Source: Macrostomum hystrix (lineage: Eukaryota; Animalia; Platyhelminthes). Taken from it: 64,000 bases of DNA. The stretch covers positions 30,814,001 to 30,878,000 of the forward strand of contig CATNEN010000038.1 in assembly GCA_950097015.1 (NCBI GenBank), written 5' to 3'. Below are positions 36,547 to 50,066 of the stretch, one piece after another. The notes below the pieces were generated by a model. It was not told the DNA's origin. It made no database searches and was given only the letters and a program-made list of their open reading frames with translations. The position numbers and the translations under genes were made by a program. Within the stretch, counting starts at the first letter, position 1. Every line of letters starts with the position of its first letter.

Positions 36547-37935
36547 GAGTCCGTCATAACCGACTTGAGTCATTCTCAGAGTCCGTCATAACCAACTTGA
36601 GTCATTCTCAGAGTCCGTCATAACCAACTTGAGTCATTCTCAGAGTCCGTCATAACCAACTTGAGTCATTCTCAGAGTTCGTCATAACCAACTTGAGTCA
36701 TTCTCAGAGTCCGTCATAACCAACTTGAGTCATTCTCAGAGTTCGTCATAACCAACTTGAGTCATTCTCAGAGTCCGTCATAACCAACTTGAGTCATTCT
36801 CAGAGTCCGTCATAACCAACTTGAGTCATTCTCAGAGTTCGTCATAACCAACTTGAGTCATTCTCAGAGTCCGTCATAACCAACTTGAGCCATTCTCAGA
36901 GTCCGTCATAACTGCAACTTGAGTCATTCTCAGAGTCCGTCATAACCAACTTGAGTCATTCTCAGAGTCCGTCATAACCAACTTGAGTCATTCTCAGAGT
37001 CCGTCATAACCAACTTGAGTCATTCTCAGAGTCCGTCATAACCAACTTGAGTCATTCTCAGAGTCCGTCATAACCAACTTGAGTCATTCTCAGAGTCCCT
37101 CATAACCAACTTGAGTTATTCTCAGAGTCCGTCATAACTGCAACTTGAGTCATTCTCAGAGTTCGTCATAACCAACTTGAGTCATTCTCAGAGTCCGTCA
37201 TAACCAACTTGAGTTATTCTCAGAGTCCGTCATAACTGCAACTTGAGTCATTCTCAGAGTTCGTAATAACCAACTTGAGTTATTCTCAGAGTCCGTCATA
37301 ACCAACTTGAGTCATTCTCAGAGTCCGTCATAACCAACTTGAGTCATTCTCAGCGTCCGTCATAACCAACTTGAGTCATTCTCAGAGTCCGTCATAACTG
37401 CAACTTGAGTCATTCTCAGAGTCCGTCATAACCAACTTGAGTCATTCTCAGAGTCCGTCATAACTGCAACTTGAGTCATTCTCAGAGTCCGTCATAACCA
37501 ACTTGAGTCATTCTCAGAGTCCGTCATAACCAACTTGAGTCATTCTCAGAGTCCGTCATAACCAACTTGAGTCATTCTCAGAGTCCGTCATAACCAACTT
37601 GAGTCATTCTCAGAGTTCGTCATAACCAACTTGAGTCATTCTCAGAGTCCGTCATAACCAACTTGAGTCATTCTCAGAGTCCGTCATAACCAACTTGAGT
37701 CATTCTCAGAGTCCGTCATAACCAACTTGAGTCATTCTCAGAGTCCGTCATAACCAACTTGAGTCATTCTCAGAGTCCGTCATAACCAACTTGAGTCATT
37801 CTCAGAGTTCGTCATAACCAACTTGAGTCATTCTCAGAGTCCGTCATAACCAACTTGAGTCATTCTCAGAGTCCGTCATAACCAACTTGAGTCATTCTCA
37901 GAGTTTGTCATAACCAACTTGAGTCATTTTCAGAG
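36547..37935. repeat. 32-bp highly homogeneous minisatellite (GAGTCCGTCATAACCAACTTGAGTCATTCTCA)n
   Basis: About 43 contiguous copies with no spacers. Confidence 0.97.
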
Positions 37936-38218
37936 TTAGTAATAATTAGGACAATAGAAAATCACCGAAAATCACTTTCTAATGGTCTATTCGAAAACGA
38001 TTTTCGTTATGATAAAACAAAACAAAGAACATCATTCATTGGCTAAAAAGAAGACAAATAAAGCATAATTTTAAGCAAAATTATACATGAAATGAACTTC
38101 CTAACAAGCTTTTATGTAATTTTAGGTATTGAAAAATCGGAATGAATAAAAAACTTGCGAACTAAAACCTTAGAATTTAAACACCCTCGGAGAGGTTTGT
38201 TGCCAGATCAAAGTGGCC

Positions 38219-38519
38219 TTAATTTCTTGGAACACGCTTGCCTGAGCTGGATCGCTGACGATATCCGGATGATGGACGGCTGACACGCTGCGACTGCAAC
38301 GGCTGCGGCGGCGGCGGCTGCATCGGCGGCGGCTGCTGTGAGTTTCTATTCTGCGGCTGCGAAGGAGCCTGCGACTGTCTCTTGACTGAAATCACTGGCT
38401 GCGCTTGGAGAGGCTGCGGCGGCGGAGGCGGTCGCGGCGCCGGTGGCGGCTGATTCCGAGCCAGATTCAAGCCAGCTAGACTGCTGGTAGCAACTGAGCC
38501 GCGTGGAACTGGCCTAGGC

Positions 38520-38551
<32 letters not shown>

Positions 38552-41060
38552 GAGCAGCTGCTGGTAGTGCTGCGGATGCATCGGCGGCTCGGCGGCGGAA
38601 GCGCGCGGATCGTACTGATACTGGCTGGCTGACTGGCTAGGAGCCCGAGCCTGCTGCACATTCATGGTGAATGAGGACTGAGTGATGCGACAGGCGATGC
38701 AAGATAATGGTATGATAATGGGATCAATTATACAATTATACTGGGGGAAATCCTACAATTGTATACATGGATCCCTGTACTGGGGGAAATCCCACAATTA
38801 TACAAATGGATGCCTGTACTATGTGGGAAATCCCACAATTATACACATGGATGCCTGTACTATGTGGGAAATCCCACAATTATACACATGGATGCCTGTA
38901 CTATGTGGGAAATCCCACAATTATACACATGGATGCCTGTACTATGTGGGAAATCCCACAATTATACACATGGATGCCTGTACTAAGTGGGAAATCCCAC
39001 AATTGTATACATGGATGCCTGAACTATGGGGAAATCCCACAACTATACAAATGGATGCCTGAACTATGGGGAAATCCTACAATAATTTACATGGATGCTT
39101 GTACTATGGGGAAATCCCCTGATTACACACATGGATTCTTGTACTTTGGGGAAATCCCACAATATTATATACATGGATGCCTGAACTATGGGGAAATCCC
39201 ACAATTATACACATGGATGCCTGAACTATGGGGAAATCCCACAATTATACACATGGATGCCTGAACTATGGGGAAATCCTACAATAATTTACATGAATGC
39301 TTGTACTATTGGGAAATCCCCTGATTACACACATAGATTCTTGTACTATTGGGAAATCCCCTGATTACACACATAGATTCTTGTACTTTGGGGAAATCCC
39401 ACAATATTATATACATGGATGACTGTACTATGGGAAATCCCAAATAATATGAATGGATACAAAATGATTTTCAAGAATGCCCGATTCCCATGGAAGCAAA
39501 TCCAAAAGCCAAGCATTATTAAAATCCCATGAATCAAAACTAGCAGTGAATTCTCACCGGGTACAGGTCCGGAACACTCTGGCTGTAGTTCGACTGAGCA
39601 TAGGACCGGACACTGGGCGCATACACGCTAGGCGGCATGGAGCCTCTAAGGCTCTGATTGTGCTGATCGATGGCAGATTGGGTCAAGGCATTCTTTTTAT
39701 CCGAATTCGGATTTGGTCGACAGCATTCGCACAGTTTCACACTAAGCCGGTAGATTATTAGACAGACAAATACAACACACGATGCGAATATAACAATGCC
39801 GAAACTGCATTTCGTCATGATCAACTGACCGCAACTGCCGCAGTCGTTAGAAGAGCCGCCCTGTTTAGACTGCATATCGTACAGTTTAATCATGGCTAAG
39901 TACAGCTCATAGCCAGACACAGCTAGGCCGCCAGCTAGGTCTGCTAGCAAGATTGCGCCACAGATCAGTAGGGCCATGTTGAACGCTCGACCTCTTCCAA
40001 TGCTAGCTAGGGTTAATCCAGCGAACCCGATAGATGGCAGGCCCACCCAGATACCGCTGCCGTAGACTGGATAGTCGCGTTTGAAACTGCGATTGGTTAA
40101 ATGCGGGGTGATGTTTGTTAGTATGAGAAATATGGCCTGTTTGATTATAACACGAGGAAATCTAGGGTGTTTATCATTATGAGAAAACCTGGGTGTTTGT
40201 ATAAATAATAAACCCTAAGCTGTTTGTTAAAAAGAGAAACCCAAAGGGCTAATAAAAAACACTATAAACCCAGGGTGTTTACTGGGTATGATAAACCCAG
40301 GGTGTTTATTTGGTATGATAAAACCAGGGTGTTTATTGGGTATGATAAACCCAGGGTGTTTATTGGGTATGATAAACCCAGGGTGTTTATTGGGTATGAT
40401 AAACCCAGGGTGTTTATTGGGTATGATAAACCCAGGGTGTTTATTCGGTATGATAAACCCAGGGTGTTTATTGGGCATGATAAAACTAGGCTGGCTCAAT
40501 GAAAATGTGTTTATGGGCATAAAAACCAGTGTGTTAACTGGCATGATAGGCATAATTTTAAGCACAATTTTTTTGTATTGATTGGGAATGATAAGCACAG
40601 TGTTTATTGAAATGAGTAAATGAACAAAATATCATTTTCAAACAAATGAAGCACAGCCAAATCAATCTCACCCCAAAGCGAACATCTCAAACAGGACTAT
40701 AACAGACGAGAACGCGATCATCAGACCGGACAAAATCTTAAACAATCGTTCGCGTTTTCTTCGATACAATGAACCCGTAGTGGCTCTGGATGGGGCCCTA
40801 GCTGAACCCGCTGTAAGCCTAACAGATCCTGCCGGACCCATCCTGGAGGCCGTCATGACTGTGCCAGTTTGACCACTCAGCACTGTGGCATCGTCTGGCA
40901 GGTTGTGCTGCGAGCCGCCCAGTTCTTTTGGTGCGCCATTCCATGACTGGTTCAAAGACTGGCCTAACGAGGCAGCCCGTTGGAGAGGATTGTGACGACC
41001 GCGCGACACAATGCCAGTGTCGGCGGTGAACACACTGGCCGAGTCTATGGCTGAGCGGGC
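38219..41060 (-). CDS. MS4A/CD20-like four-pass membrane protein with a Pro/Gln-rich C-terminal tail (5' exon uncertain)
   Basis: Exons 41060-40672, 40086-39558 and 38677-38219 join in frame. Four hydrophobic segments, with YGSGIWVG at TM2 as in CD20-like proteins. A possible upstream phase-0 exon lies at ~42153-42058. Confidence 0.65.
38740..39450. repeat. 40-41-bp minisatellite with internal hairpin (TGTGGGAAATCCCACA), intronic
   Basis: Period 41 (38821, 38862, ...). Confidence 0.93.
40155..40490. repeat. 27-bp minisatellite (GATAAACCCAGGGTGTTTATTGGGTAT)n, intronic
   Basis: Tandem copies visible. Confidence 0.93.
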
Positions 41061-41069
41061 CTGAAACAG

Positions 41070-41650
41070 TAAGGGAATACGGAAGGAATGGGAATACTGA
41101 ATGAATGGGTTAACTGAAGGAATGGGAATAATGAAGGAATGGGAATACTGAAGGAATGGGAATACTGAAGGAATGGGAATACTGAAGGAATGGGAATAAT
41201 GAAGGAATGGGAATAATGAAGGAATGGGAATAATGAAGGAATGGGAATACTGAAGGAATGGGAATACTGAAGGAATGGGAATAATGAAGGAATGGGAATA
41301 CTAAAGGAATGGGAATGCTGAAGGAATGGGAATACTGAAGGAATGGGAATAATGAAGGAATGGGAATACTGAAGGAATGGGAATACTGAAGGAATGGGAA
41401 TAATGAAGGAATGGGAATACTAAAGGAATGGGAATGCTGAAGGAATGGGAATACTGAAGGAATGGGAATACTGAAGGAATGGGAATACTGAAGGAATGGG
41501 AATACTGAAGGAATGGGAATACTGAAGGAATGGGAATACTGAAGGAATGGGAATAATGAAGGAATGGGAATACTGAAGGAATGGGAATACTGAAGAAATT
41601 GTAATAATGAAGAAATGGGAATAATGGAGAAATGGGAATAATGAAGAAAT
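41070..41650. repeat. 17-bp minisatellite (CTGAAGGAATGGGAATA)n
   Basis: Tandem copies abutting the acceptor at 41061. Confidence 0.95.
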
Positions 41651-44419
41651 GAAATGCAAAAATGAATGCCAATTAAATTCAACTATGCTGCTCTCTTTCT
41701 TTCATTCTTTGCCAATTACAAAACAAATTCAATTTGTATACATATATAAATAAAGAAATATTCACATTCACATTAAAATGTGTGAAATGTGAAATGTATT
41801 TGTACTAAACAGCAGCAAATAACAAAACAACCTTAAATGAAAAAATCTTAACATTATTCAATAACGCTAAGCCAAGATAGTTGAAAAGCTGTGTTTTAAC
41901 AATTGATTCATATCTAAGAAAATAAATCTTTGTTAGCTTTAGTCCTAACTATTTTCAAAGAAATAAAAAACAATTAGGATAGCACAAATGGACTAGAGAA
42001 TAACTTTAACAGACTTAAGACTTATGCAATATAACATTTTTATTGTTAAAATGTTACCTGAAAATTTTTGCAACTGCTAATTTTAACAGACATAATTTCA
42101 TTAACTTTGTTAACCAAAGGTAACTTTTTAATGCCATCACTGTCAATAGCCATGCAAGCGGCAAGCACCTTATAAGCTAAACTAGCTACCAATGGCAATG
42201 GGAACCAACCGAACTATTTGTAAAGCAACTATAGCTTGACACAAATAAGGATAGCTAATAAAATGAAAAAAAACATGTAAAACAATGGCAAAACATGTAG
42301 GAATAAGCTTTGTTATTGTAAATTATTGAAGCCAATGCCAGGGGAGTTCACTTGCTAATTTAACCTATTAGTAGTATATCCAGTTTTTACAGTCTATAGT
42401 TTATGATAGTCTGGTCTTTAAAAACAAGAAAATCAGTAATAATATTAGCAAAAATAATATACTTAAATTCAAAATCATAACATACTCTTTGCTGTTGCCA
42501 TTTGTTGCATAACTATCAAGTTTTATATGTTATTTAAATGAATATCTATACTATTTACTATAGACTATAGTATGACATTTGCAAATCAACGTTTACATAA
42601 ATTAGAAATGTATTTTCTGCTCTACAATTTTTTTACTAAAACTTATTCTCCTATGTTTTACATTATATATAAAAGTCTATAGATATTTGATTTCAAGAAG
42701 TGGCGCATCATATCTAGGTATCGTATCTCGTTATGCTGATCAGCTGATGCTGCTTATGCGGATTTATAAAGTATATAATTTAATACTCCGAAGCAATTGC
42801 GAAATGTATAACAGAAAAACTGGCATAACTGTTAAGAACCTAAAGCAAAAACTACACAGACTTTTCTAGGCAAAGCTAGATAACACAGAAACAAAATTTT
42901 AGATATCGCTTTGAACCTATAAATTGAACATAAAAGTTCTGAAACTGAAAACCGGACTAGCACCAGTTCTAAAATTTGAGGAAGCTATGTATTTTGATAG
43001 AAAATAAGTTACAGAAACGAAAACAGTAACATTTTTACAAAATGTTTAGTAGAAACATCAGTTGTTTTATTGAAAATGTAAAACTAAATTGTTTTTGTTA
43101 TACCCACTCTTAACACGGAAATAGAAAGGTTTTAAATTTAGTTTTTGCTCTCAACGTTTAAAAATCCAAGTACCACTAGAAGAAGTGATTCTAAGAGACG
43201 TTGCAAAATCTTTTAGTGGTACTACTAGAAGTACCAATAGAAGAAGAAAAGAGTGGCACTAAGAAGACGGTACTAATGAAACATATCGTTTGGTCGATTT
43301 ATATATTGATTTAGTCGTTTCAGTGTGCCGTTTGATATTTTATAATTTAACAGTTTTCTAATGTTGAAATGCTTTCTTTCTGCAAGTCTTATCCTTCGCA
43401 TTAAAAAAACAAAATTACTTTGGGCATTACGGTTGTATTAAAGATAAAATAGGCTTTGACATATTAAGCCATCAGCTTCGCACCCGCGCGAATAATGGCT
43501 TGAGTGGTCCTTGTGCTGAACTACGTATACGAACCTGTTTGTAGATTTTTTTTTACTTATTTAGAGCGAAAGCTTCTGTTTTTACTCCAAGTAGTATTTA
43601 TCGCTAATCCATCTTAGCAAGGAGAAATCCTCTTTTTAATAATTTATAGATGGTGGTAGCAACAATTATTGTCATGTCTATCTGCAGGGATTCTCGATTA
43701 GTAGGAAATTAAATTGTTAATCATCATAGAACCAGTCGCATTAACTAAACTTAAAACTAAGCTCGTACGCTTATTAGTGCATACGCACTTGATCTTCGAA
43801 AAGCTTTGCTACATAAGTTCTATATATTCGGCTTAACTAGCACCAAAAAAACTTGATCATGTAGTGCTAAGTTAATATGATAATTTTACTATAAACGCAC
43901 TTGTGAAATATGGTGCACGGCAGTAGTCCACTTTATAGATTTTAGTCTAAATAGTTAAGCTGAACTACGTGTAGTAGAACTGAATATTATAACTTAGTTA
44001 AGATTTAAATTTTGATGTTACGAGGTTGGCTCGTCTGTCACAATTTTAGAGAATAGATAAACTAAATAAAATGGATCCATAAAATTTCACATAAAGCAGA
44101 TTAATAATCGTTCTAACTTTTGCATCACAAGTAAAACCAGTTTAGAAATTAACTCTGTGTACTTATTTTCAAATATGTGATTAATATTTTTAAAAGCCAT
44201 CTGTGGTTCTGCGGTGAGGGGACAAACTGATTACAGTCAAATTTACATGACATTGTCAGGCCTACATCAACGCTTTAGAAATTCAGATTTGCAGATTAAA
44301 CAGGCGGTAAATTGAATGTATTTAAAATAGACAGGGCTAAATGAAACAAGGTATTTAAACCCAACATTTTTATTGTCAGTTCTTGCTCCTTGCAAGCTAA
44401 ATTTCCGACTAATTTAGAA

Positions 44420-45765
44420 GATGAGAGGGGGTGAGAGAGTGGGAAAAAGAAGAAGAGAGTGTGGGAAAGATAAGGAGAGAGTGTGGGAAAGAGAAGGAGA
44501 GAGTGTGGGAAAGAGAAGGAGAGGGTGTGGGAAAGAGAAGGAGAGAGTGTGGGAAAGAGAAGGAGAGAGTGGGAAAGATAAGGAGAGAGTGTGGGAAAGA
44601 GAAGGAGAGAGTGTGAGAGAGAAGGAGAGAGTGTGAGAGAGAAGAAGAGAGTGTGAGAGGGAAGGAGAGAGTGTGGGAAAAACAAGGAGAGAGTGTGGGA
44701 AAGAGAAGGAGAGAGTGTGGGAAAGAGAAGGAGAGAGTGTGGGAAAGAGAAGGAGAGAGTGTGGGAAAGAGAAGGAGAGAGTGTGGGAAAGACAAGGAGA
44801 GAGTGTGGGAAAGAGAAGGAGAGAGTGTGGGAAAGAGAAGGAGAGAGTGTGGGAAAGAGAAGGAGAGAGTGTGGGAAAGAGAAGGAGAGAGTGTGGGAAA
44901 GAGAAGGAGAGAGTGTGAGAGAGAAGGAGAGAGTGTGAGAGAGAAGAAGAGAGTGTGAGAGGGAAGGAGAGAGTGTGGGAAAAACAAGGAGAGAGTGTGG
45001 GAAAGAGAAGGAGAGAGTGTGGGAAAGAGAAGGAGAGAGTGTGAGAGAGAAGGAGAGAGTGTGAGAGAGAAGAAGAGAGTGTGAGAGGGAAGGAGAGAGT
45101 GTGGGAAAAACAAGGAGAGAGTGTGGGAAAGAGAAGGAGAGAGTGTGGGAAAGAGAAGGAGAGAGTGTGGGAAAGAGAAGGAGAGAGTGTGGGAAAGACA
45201 AGGAGAGAGTGTGGGAAAGAGAAGGAGAGAGTGTGGGAAAGAGAAGGAGAGAGTGTGGGAAAGAGAAGGAGAGAGTGTGGGAAAGAGAAGGAGAGAGTGT
45301 GGGAAAGAGAAGGAGAGAGTGTGGGAAAGAGAAGGAGAGAGTGTGGGAAAGAGAAGGAGAGAGTGTGGGAAAGAGAAGGAGAGAGTGTGAGAGAGAAGGA
45401 GAGAGTGTGAGAGAGAAGGAGAGAGTGTGGGAAAAACAAGGAGAGAGTGTGGGAAAGAGAAGGAGAGAGTGTGGGAAAGAGAAGGAGAGAGTGTGGGAAA
45501 GAGAAGGAGAGAGTGTGGGAAAGAGAAGGAGAGAGTGTGGGAAAGAGAAGGAGAGAGTGTGGGAAAGAGAAGGAGAGAGTGTGGGAAAGAGAAGGAGAGA
45601 GTGTGGGAAAGAGAAGGAGAGAGAGTGAGAAAGAGAAGGAGAGAGAGTGAGAAAGAGAAGGAGAGAGTGTGGGAAAGAGAAGGAAAGAGTTTGAGAAGGA
45701 GAAAGAGAGAGAGTGAAAAGGAGAAAGAGAGAGAGTGAAAAGGAGAAAGAGAGAGAGTGAGAAGT
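44420..45765. repeat. 22-bp purine-rich minisatellite (GTGTGGGAAAGAGAAGGAGAGA)n
   Basis: About 60 copies with 20-bp variants. Confidence 0.95.
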
Positions 45766-46107
45766 AGGAGTAGTGTTAAAATTGTGAATATTTAAAGATT
45801 CATAAGCAAGAGCAGATAATGTAAGGCGTTCACAAGGAGCAGGTTAAAGATAGCAGAAATAATATAAGCTAGAGCAGTATATTAATAGGTCAGCCACTGG
45901 CACAAATGCGCGTCACAAGAATGCTATTTTCGCGGGTGTGGTCGCATTTGAAATGAAATTAACAGCCTTACTAGTAGCGTACGTCAACATTGGTGCAACT
46001 GCGTACACAATACGTTTGTGTCGATTTCTTTTTACAGCAACACATCTGATGTGTGTGAATATTACACTTTTGTGTGTATGGAATCATCTCAAACATGTGA
46101 ATTAAAG

Positions 46108-47370
46108 GCATCTATCGTGCATCTAGTATGGCATCTATCGTGAATCAAGTATGGCATCTATCGGGCATCTAGTATGGCATCTATCGTGCATCTAGTATGG
46201 CATCTATCGTCAATCTAGTATGGCATCTATCGTGCATCTAGTATGGCATCTATCGTGAATCAAGTATGGCATCTATCGGGCATCAAGTATGGCATCTATC
46301 GGGCATCTAGTATGGCATCTATCGGGCATCTAGTATGGCATCTATCGTGCATCTAGTATGGCATCTATCGAGAATCTAGAATGGAATCTATCGGGCATCG
46401 AGCATGGCATCTATCGTGCATCTAGTATGGCATCTATCGTGAATCTAGTATGGCATCTATCGGGCATCAAGTATGGCATCTATCGGGCATCAAGTATGGC
46501 ATCTATCGGGCATCTAGTATGGCATCTATCGGGCATCAAGTATGGCATCTATCGGGCATCTAGTATGGCATCTATCGTGAATCTAGTATGGCATCTATCG
46601 TGCATCTAGTATGGCATCTATCGAGAATCTAGAATGGAATCTATCGGGCATCGAGCATGGCATCTATCGTGCATCTAGTATGGCATCTATCGTGAATCTA
46701 GTATGGCATCTATCGGGCATCAAGTATGGCATCTATCGGGCATCAAGTATGGCATCTATCGGGCATCTAGTATGGCATCTATCGGGCATCAAGTATGGCA
46801 TCTATCGGGCATCTAGTATGGCATCTATCGGGCATCAAGTATGGCATCTATCGGGCATCGAGTATGGCATCTATCGGGCATCGAGTATGGCATCTATCGG
46901 GCATCAAGTATGGCATCTATCGGGCATCAAGTATGGCATCTATCGGGCATCGAGTATGGCATCTATCGGGCATCAAGTATGGCATCTATCGGGCATCTAG
47001 TATGGCATCTATCGGGCATCAAGTATGGCATCTATCGGGCATCGAGTATGGCATCTATCGGGCATCGAGTATGGCATCTATCGGGCATCAAGTATGGCAT
47101 CTATCGGGCATCAAGTATGGCATCTATCGGGCATCTAGTATGGTATCTATCGGGCATCGAGTATGGCATCTATCGGGCATCAAGTATGGCATCTATCGGG
47201 CATCGAGTATGGCATCTATCGGGCATCGAGTATGGTATCTATCGGGCATCGAGTATGGCATCTATCGGGCATCAAGTATGGCATCTATCGGGCATCGAGT
47301 ATGGCATCTATCGTGCATCTCGTTCGTATGCTCGATGCTCATATCGGGCATCAAGTATGGCATCTAGTAT
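46108..47370. repeat. 23-bp minisatellite (GGCATCTATCGGGCATCAAGTAT)n
   Basis: About 54 copies; includes a duplicated 11-unit block (46358 and 46611, 253 bp apart). Confidence 0.95.
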
Positions 47371-48371
47371 TAAACAGTGTTCGACAGTGTCCTGTCTGTG
47401 TTGGCCTATTTTCAAATGAAAGTATGTGCCACCCACACATATAAAACACCCACACATACAAGGATGGCAGGAGACTAAAGAGCAAAAATTGTGATTATGA
47501 AATTTTTATAAGAAAACTATATTATTAACAGTTAGAATGAGCGACGTATTAAACAATTCTTAACTGCTGCTGCATGGTCTTCTGTTTTGAGTGCAGTACA
47601 ATACCCAAATGTGATTCAGATGTCAGCAGTTAAATTATATTCATATTCTTAAGGTCGTTTTGCCCACCTACGCAAAAGAACGCAAAACACTTATCCTGTC
47701 CCGCGTTACTAAATGTCAGTGCTGCTTATTGAATCTAATACAATTTGACCCGGGTGTCAACCGGGTGCAAACGACGCTTGTGAAAACAAGACCGGCGTTG
47801 AACAAGAAAGCAAACCTTAAATTCTTACGGAAATTGAAAGTTTTTATATTCAATTTTATTTATTCAAAAGAAAATAATTTCTTTAGTGCAATAAACTCTA
47901 CGAAAACATATGTAATGAAACAGTTAATAGTAAAAAATATTTTTCATGTCTCTAGCAATACTTTATCAGTTAAAATAGTGCACGTCGATATGGCAATCAA
48001 TTCAAAATAACTTTACACCGATACGCAATTTTACATCTGTCACACGCGGCCACGCCGTATAATTAAAAGCAACTCAAAGATTTGGCTTAAAATGTGAGCA
48101 AATTATTTGGCAAATAAATACAGAAAAAATTGACTGTCGAAGTTGTGTCACTCGGAGAGCAAAGCAAACCGACGCAGTGTTAGCTGGCAGAAAAATCATG
48201 GTTTACAGCGTGAATTACGAGTTGCATTATAGCTCGTAGACAAAATGGCAGTTAGCGTTTATTGACAAGTAAATTTTAGTTAAGCTTTCTATAATGCTAA
48301 ATCAGAGCAGAATTCAAGACACAATGTCTTCTGGATTTGTTTTCAAAGAAAATAATTATGGCTGACACAAT

Positions 48372-48428
48372 TTAGTTGGACAGATGATCGCAGTCGGCGA
48401 TGACCAGTGGAGAATCGACATAACTGGA

Positions 48429-48467
<39 letters not shown>

Positions 48468-49792
48468 AATCCTCTCAGCTAAGGCTGACTTCAGCTTGGC
48501 TAGAACGTTAACATTTGGCATTTCGCGATCGATACTAGCACCAGCGCCTTGTTCTGCGTCGTTGCAATGCTTAGCGAACTTGGCATCTCGAGCCGATTGA
48601 GTGGAAGCCGCTAACGGCCTGGTCTGCTTCAGCAGTCGTTCGTGAGCCATGACAGACTCGTGCGTCAGCGCTTTCTCGGCGAATTTGTACACCTTTTTCT
48701 TGCGAAACTCGTGCGCCTCAAAGTATTTGCCAATGTCGCGGGAATGCCTGTGAAATAGTGTAGCAAGCTGGTATTATAGAAAAGCTAAAAAAATCTGTTG
48801 TACGAGCCTTAAAGTGTCAGAATATGAAGAAGATTTGTTGCAAAACCTACCGAATTCCACGAGCGAAGCACTCGTAGTTGTCAGTTCGATTTCCCTTGAT
48901 AAACTGCCAAATGCGGGCCACTGTCACCGGCTGCAGCACTTTGAACAGGCGATTGTCCCGGTCCAACCAACGGATCAGACTAGCACAGCTAGCATTGTTA
49001 AGCAGCTTCAACAGGAACTGGTGGATCATCGGCTTGTGACCTGTGGAAGAAAAATAGAACAGTTCATTATTGAATGTTCCGGTGCATTGAAATGCAACAC
49101 GAGCAGACAATATCATGGTGTAAGAGCTCACCATTCCAGGTAAACAGCTCCGGTGCGGAGTGTTGGTACGCCCTAATCTCTTCGTTGTCGCTCAGACGGT
49201 AGGAACGCTTCCGCTTTCTCTGCTGACTGGGCATCTTGACTGGATTCGCCGACGATGCCGACGCTGTGGAGTCAGGACAAAGTCGTTTGGCGTCTGGCGC
49301 AGTCGCTTCAAAAATATCTTCACTTTCCTCCTGCTTGACACTCGTGGCGCAGTCTGAACAGTCTGTTGTCTCCTGTGTCACCTGGGCCTCGAACTTTGGA
49401 GCCGGACGCTTCAAAGCTTTACTGCAGGTAAGATTCAACGGCTGCTCTTCCAATAGAGTCGACTGGTGCAGCATCTGCTGATAGAAGATCTGACTCAAGA
49501 GACGCATCTGAGTATCGGCGTCCATCGGTAATTGAATTGGCTGAGCTGCTGCTGTGGCAGGAGTTGGCGATCGGGGCCTGCGGAAGAGCGTCGGCATTTC
49601 CATTTGTTTTAACCACGCCTGCATCAGCTGCTGCTCCTGCTGCTGCCTCAGCAGGACCTCATAGTCAGAAGCGTAAGCGTCCCCATCGCTTGACGCTTGG
49701 TAGTCTAAGCTTGAAACTACGCTTGCGGCATCGGACGAACTGGAACATTGTTTGGCAGCAGCAAGGCGCATTCGATCAATCTGACCGCACAT
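48372..49792 (-). CDS. Divergent ETS-domain transcription factor, 3 coding exons
   Basis: Exons 49792-49132, 49040-48851 and 48747-48372. Spliced domain IHQFLLKLL...IRWLDRDNRLFKVLQPVTVARIW...NYECFARGIRHSR...KKVYKF follows the ETS winged-HTH pattern. PLNLT (CtBP-type) motif and poly-Q tract present. Confidence 0.85.
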
Positions 49793-50058
49793 TATAAATA
49801 ACTATAGATTTAATTAGGCAAGCCAGTTTAAGAGCAGAAGTTCACTTACGTCTCGTACTTGTCGATTAATAGTTCTTGCAGTGACTTTGCGTTGTCAGTC
49901 TTGTCCAACTTGGACCGCAGGACAGCCTTGATTGGAGCCATTTGCTTGGCTTGCGAAATTGACTAGTGTCTTAGAGGACTTGTTCAACTTATCTAGGCTG
50001 GAAGCAAGTTTTGCTTATAGTTGAGTTTCTGACTGGTTTAGCTAGAAAATTGGGCCAG

Positions 50059-50066
50059 TATTTATA
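50059..50066 (-). promoter_or_regulatory. Candidate TATA box (TATAAATA) of the ETS gene
   Basis: Lies ~30 nt upstream of an initiator-like CCAGTC (~50035-50030) and ~120 nt upstream of the first AUG (49941). Confidence 0.5.

Noticed and set aside
36547-37935. 32-bp repeat array as a CRISPR array
   Set aside because: Units are contiguous with no unique spacers, no cas genes are present, and the context is eukaryotic.
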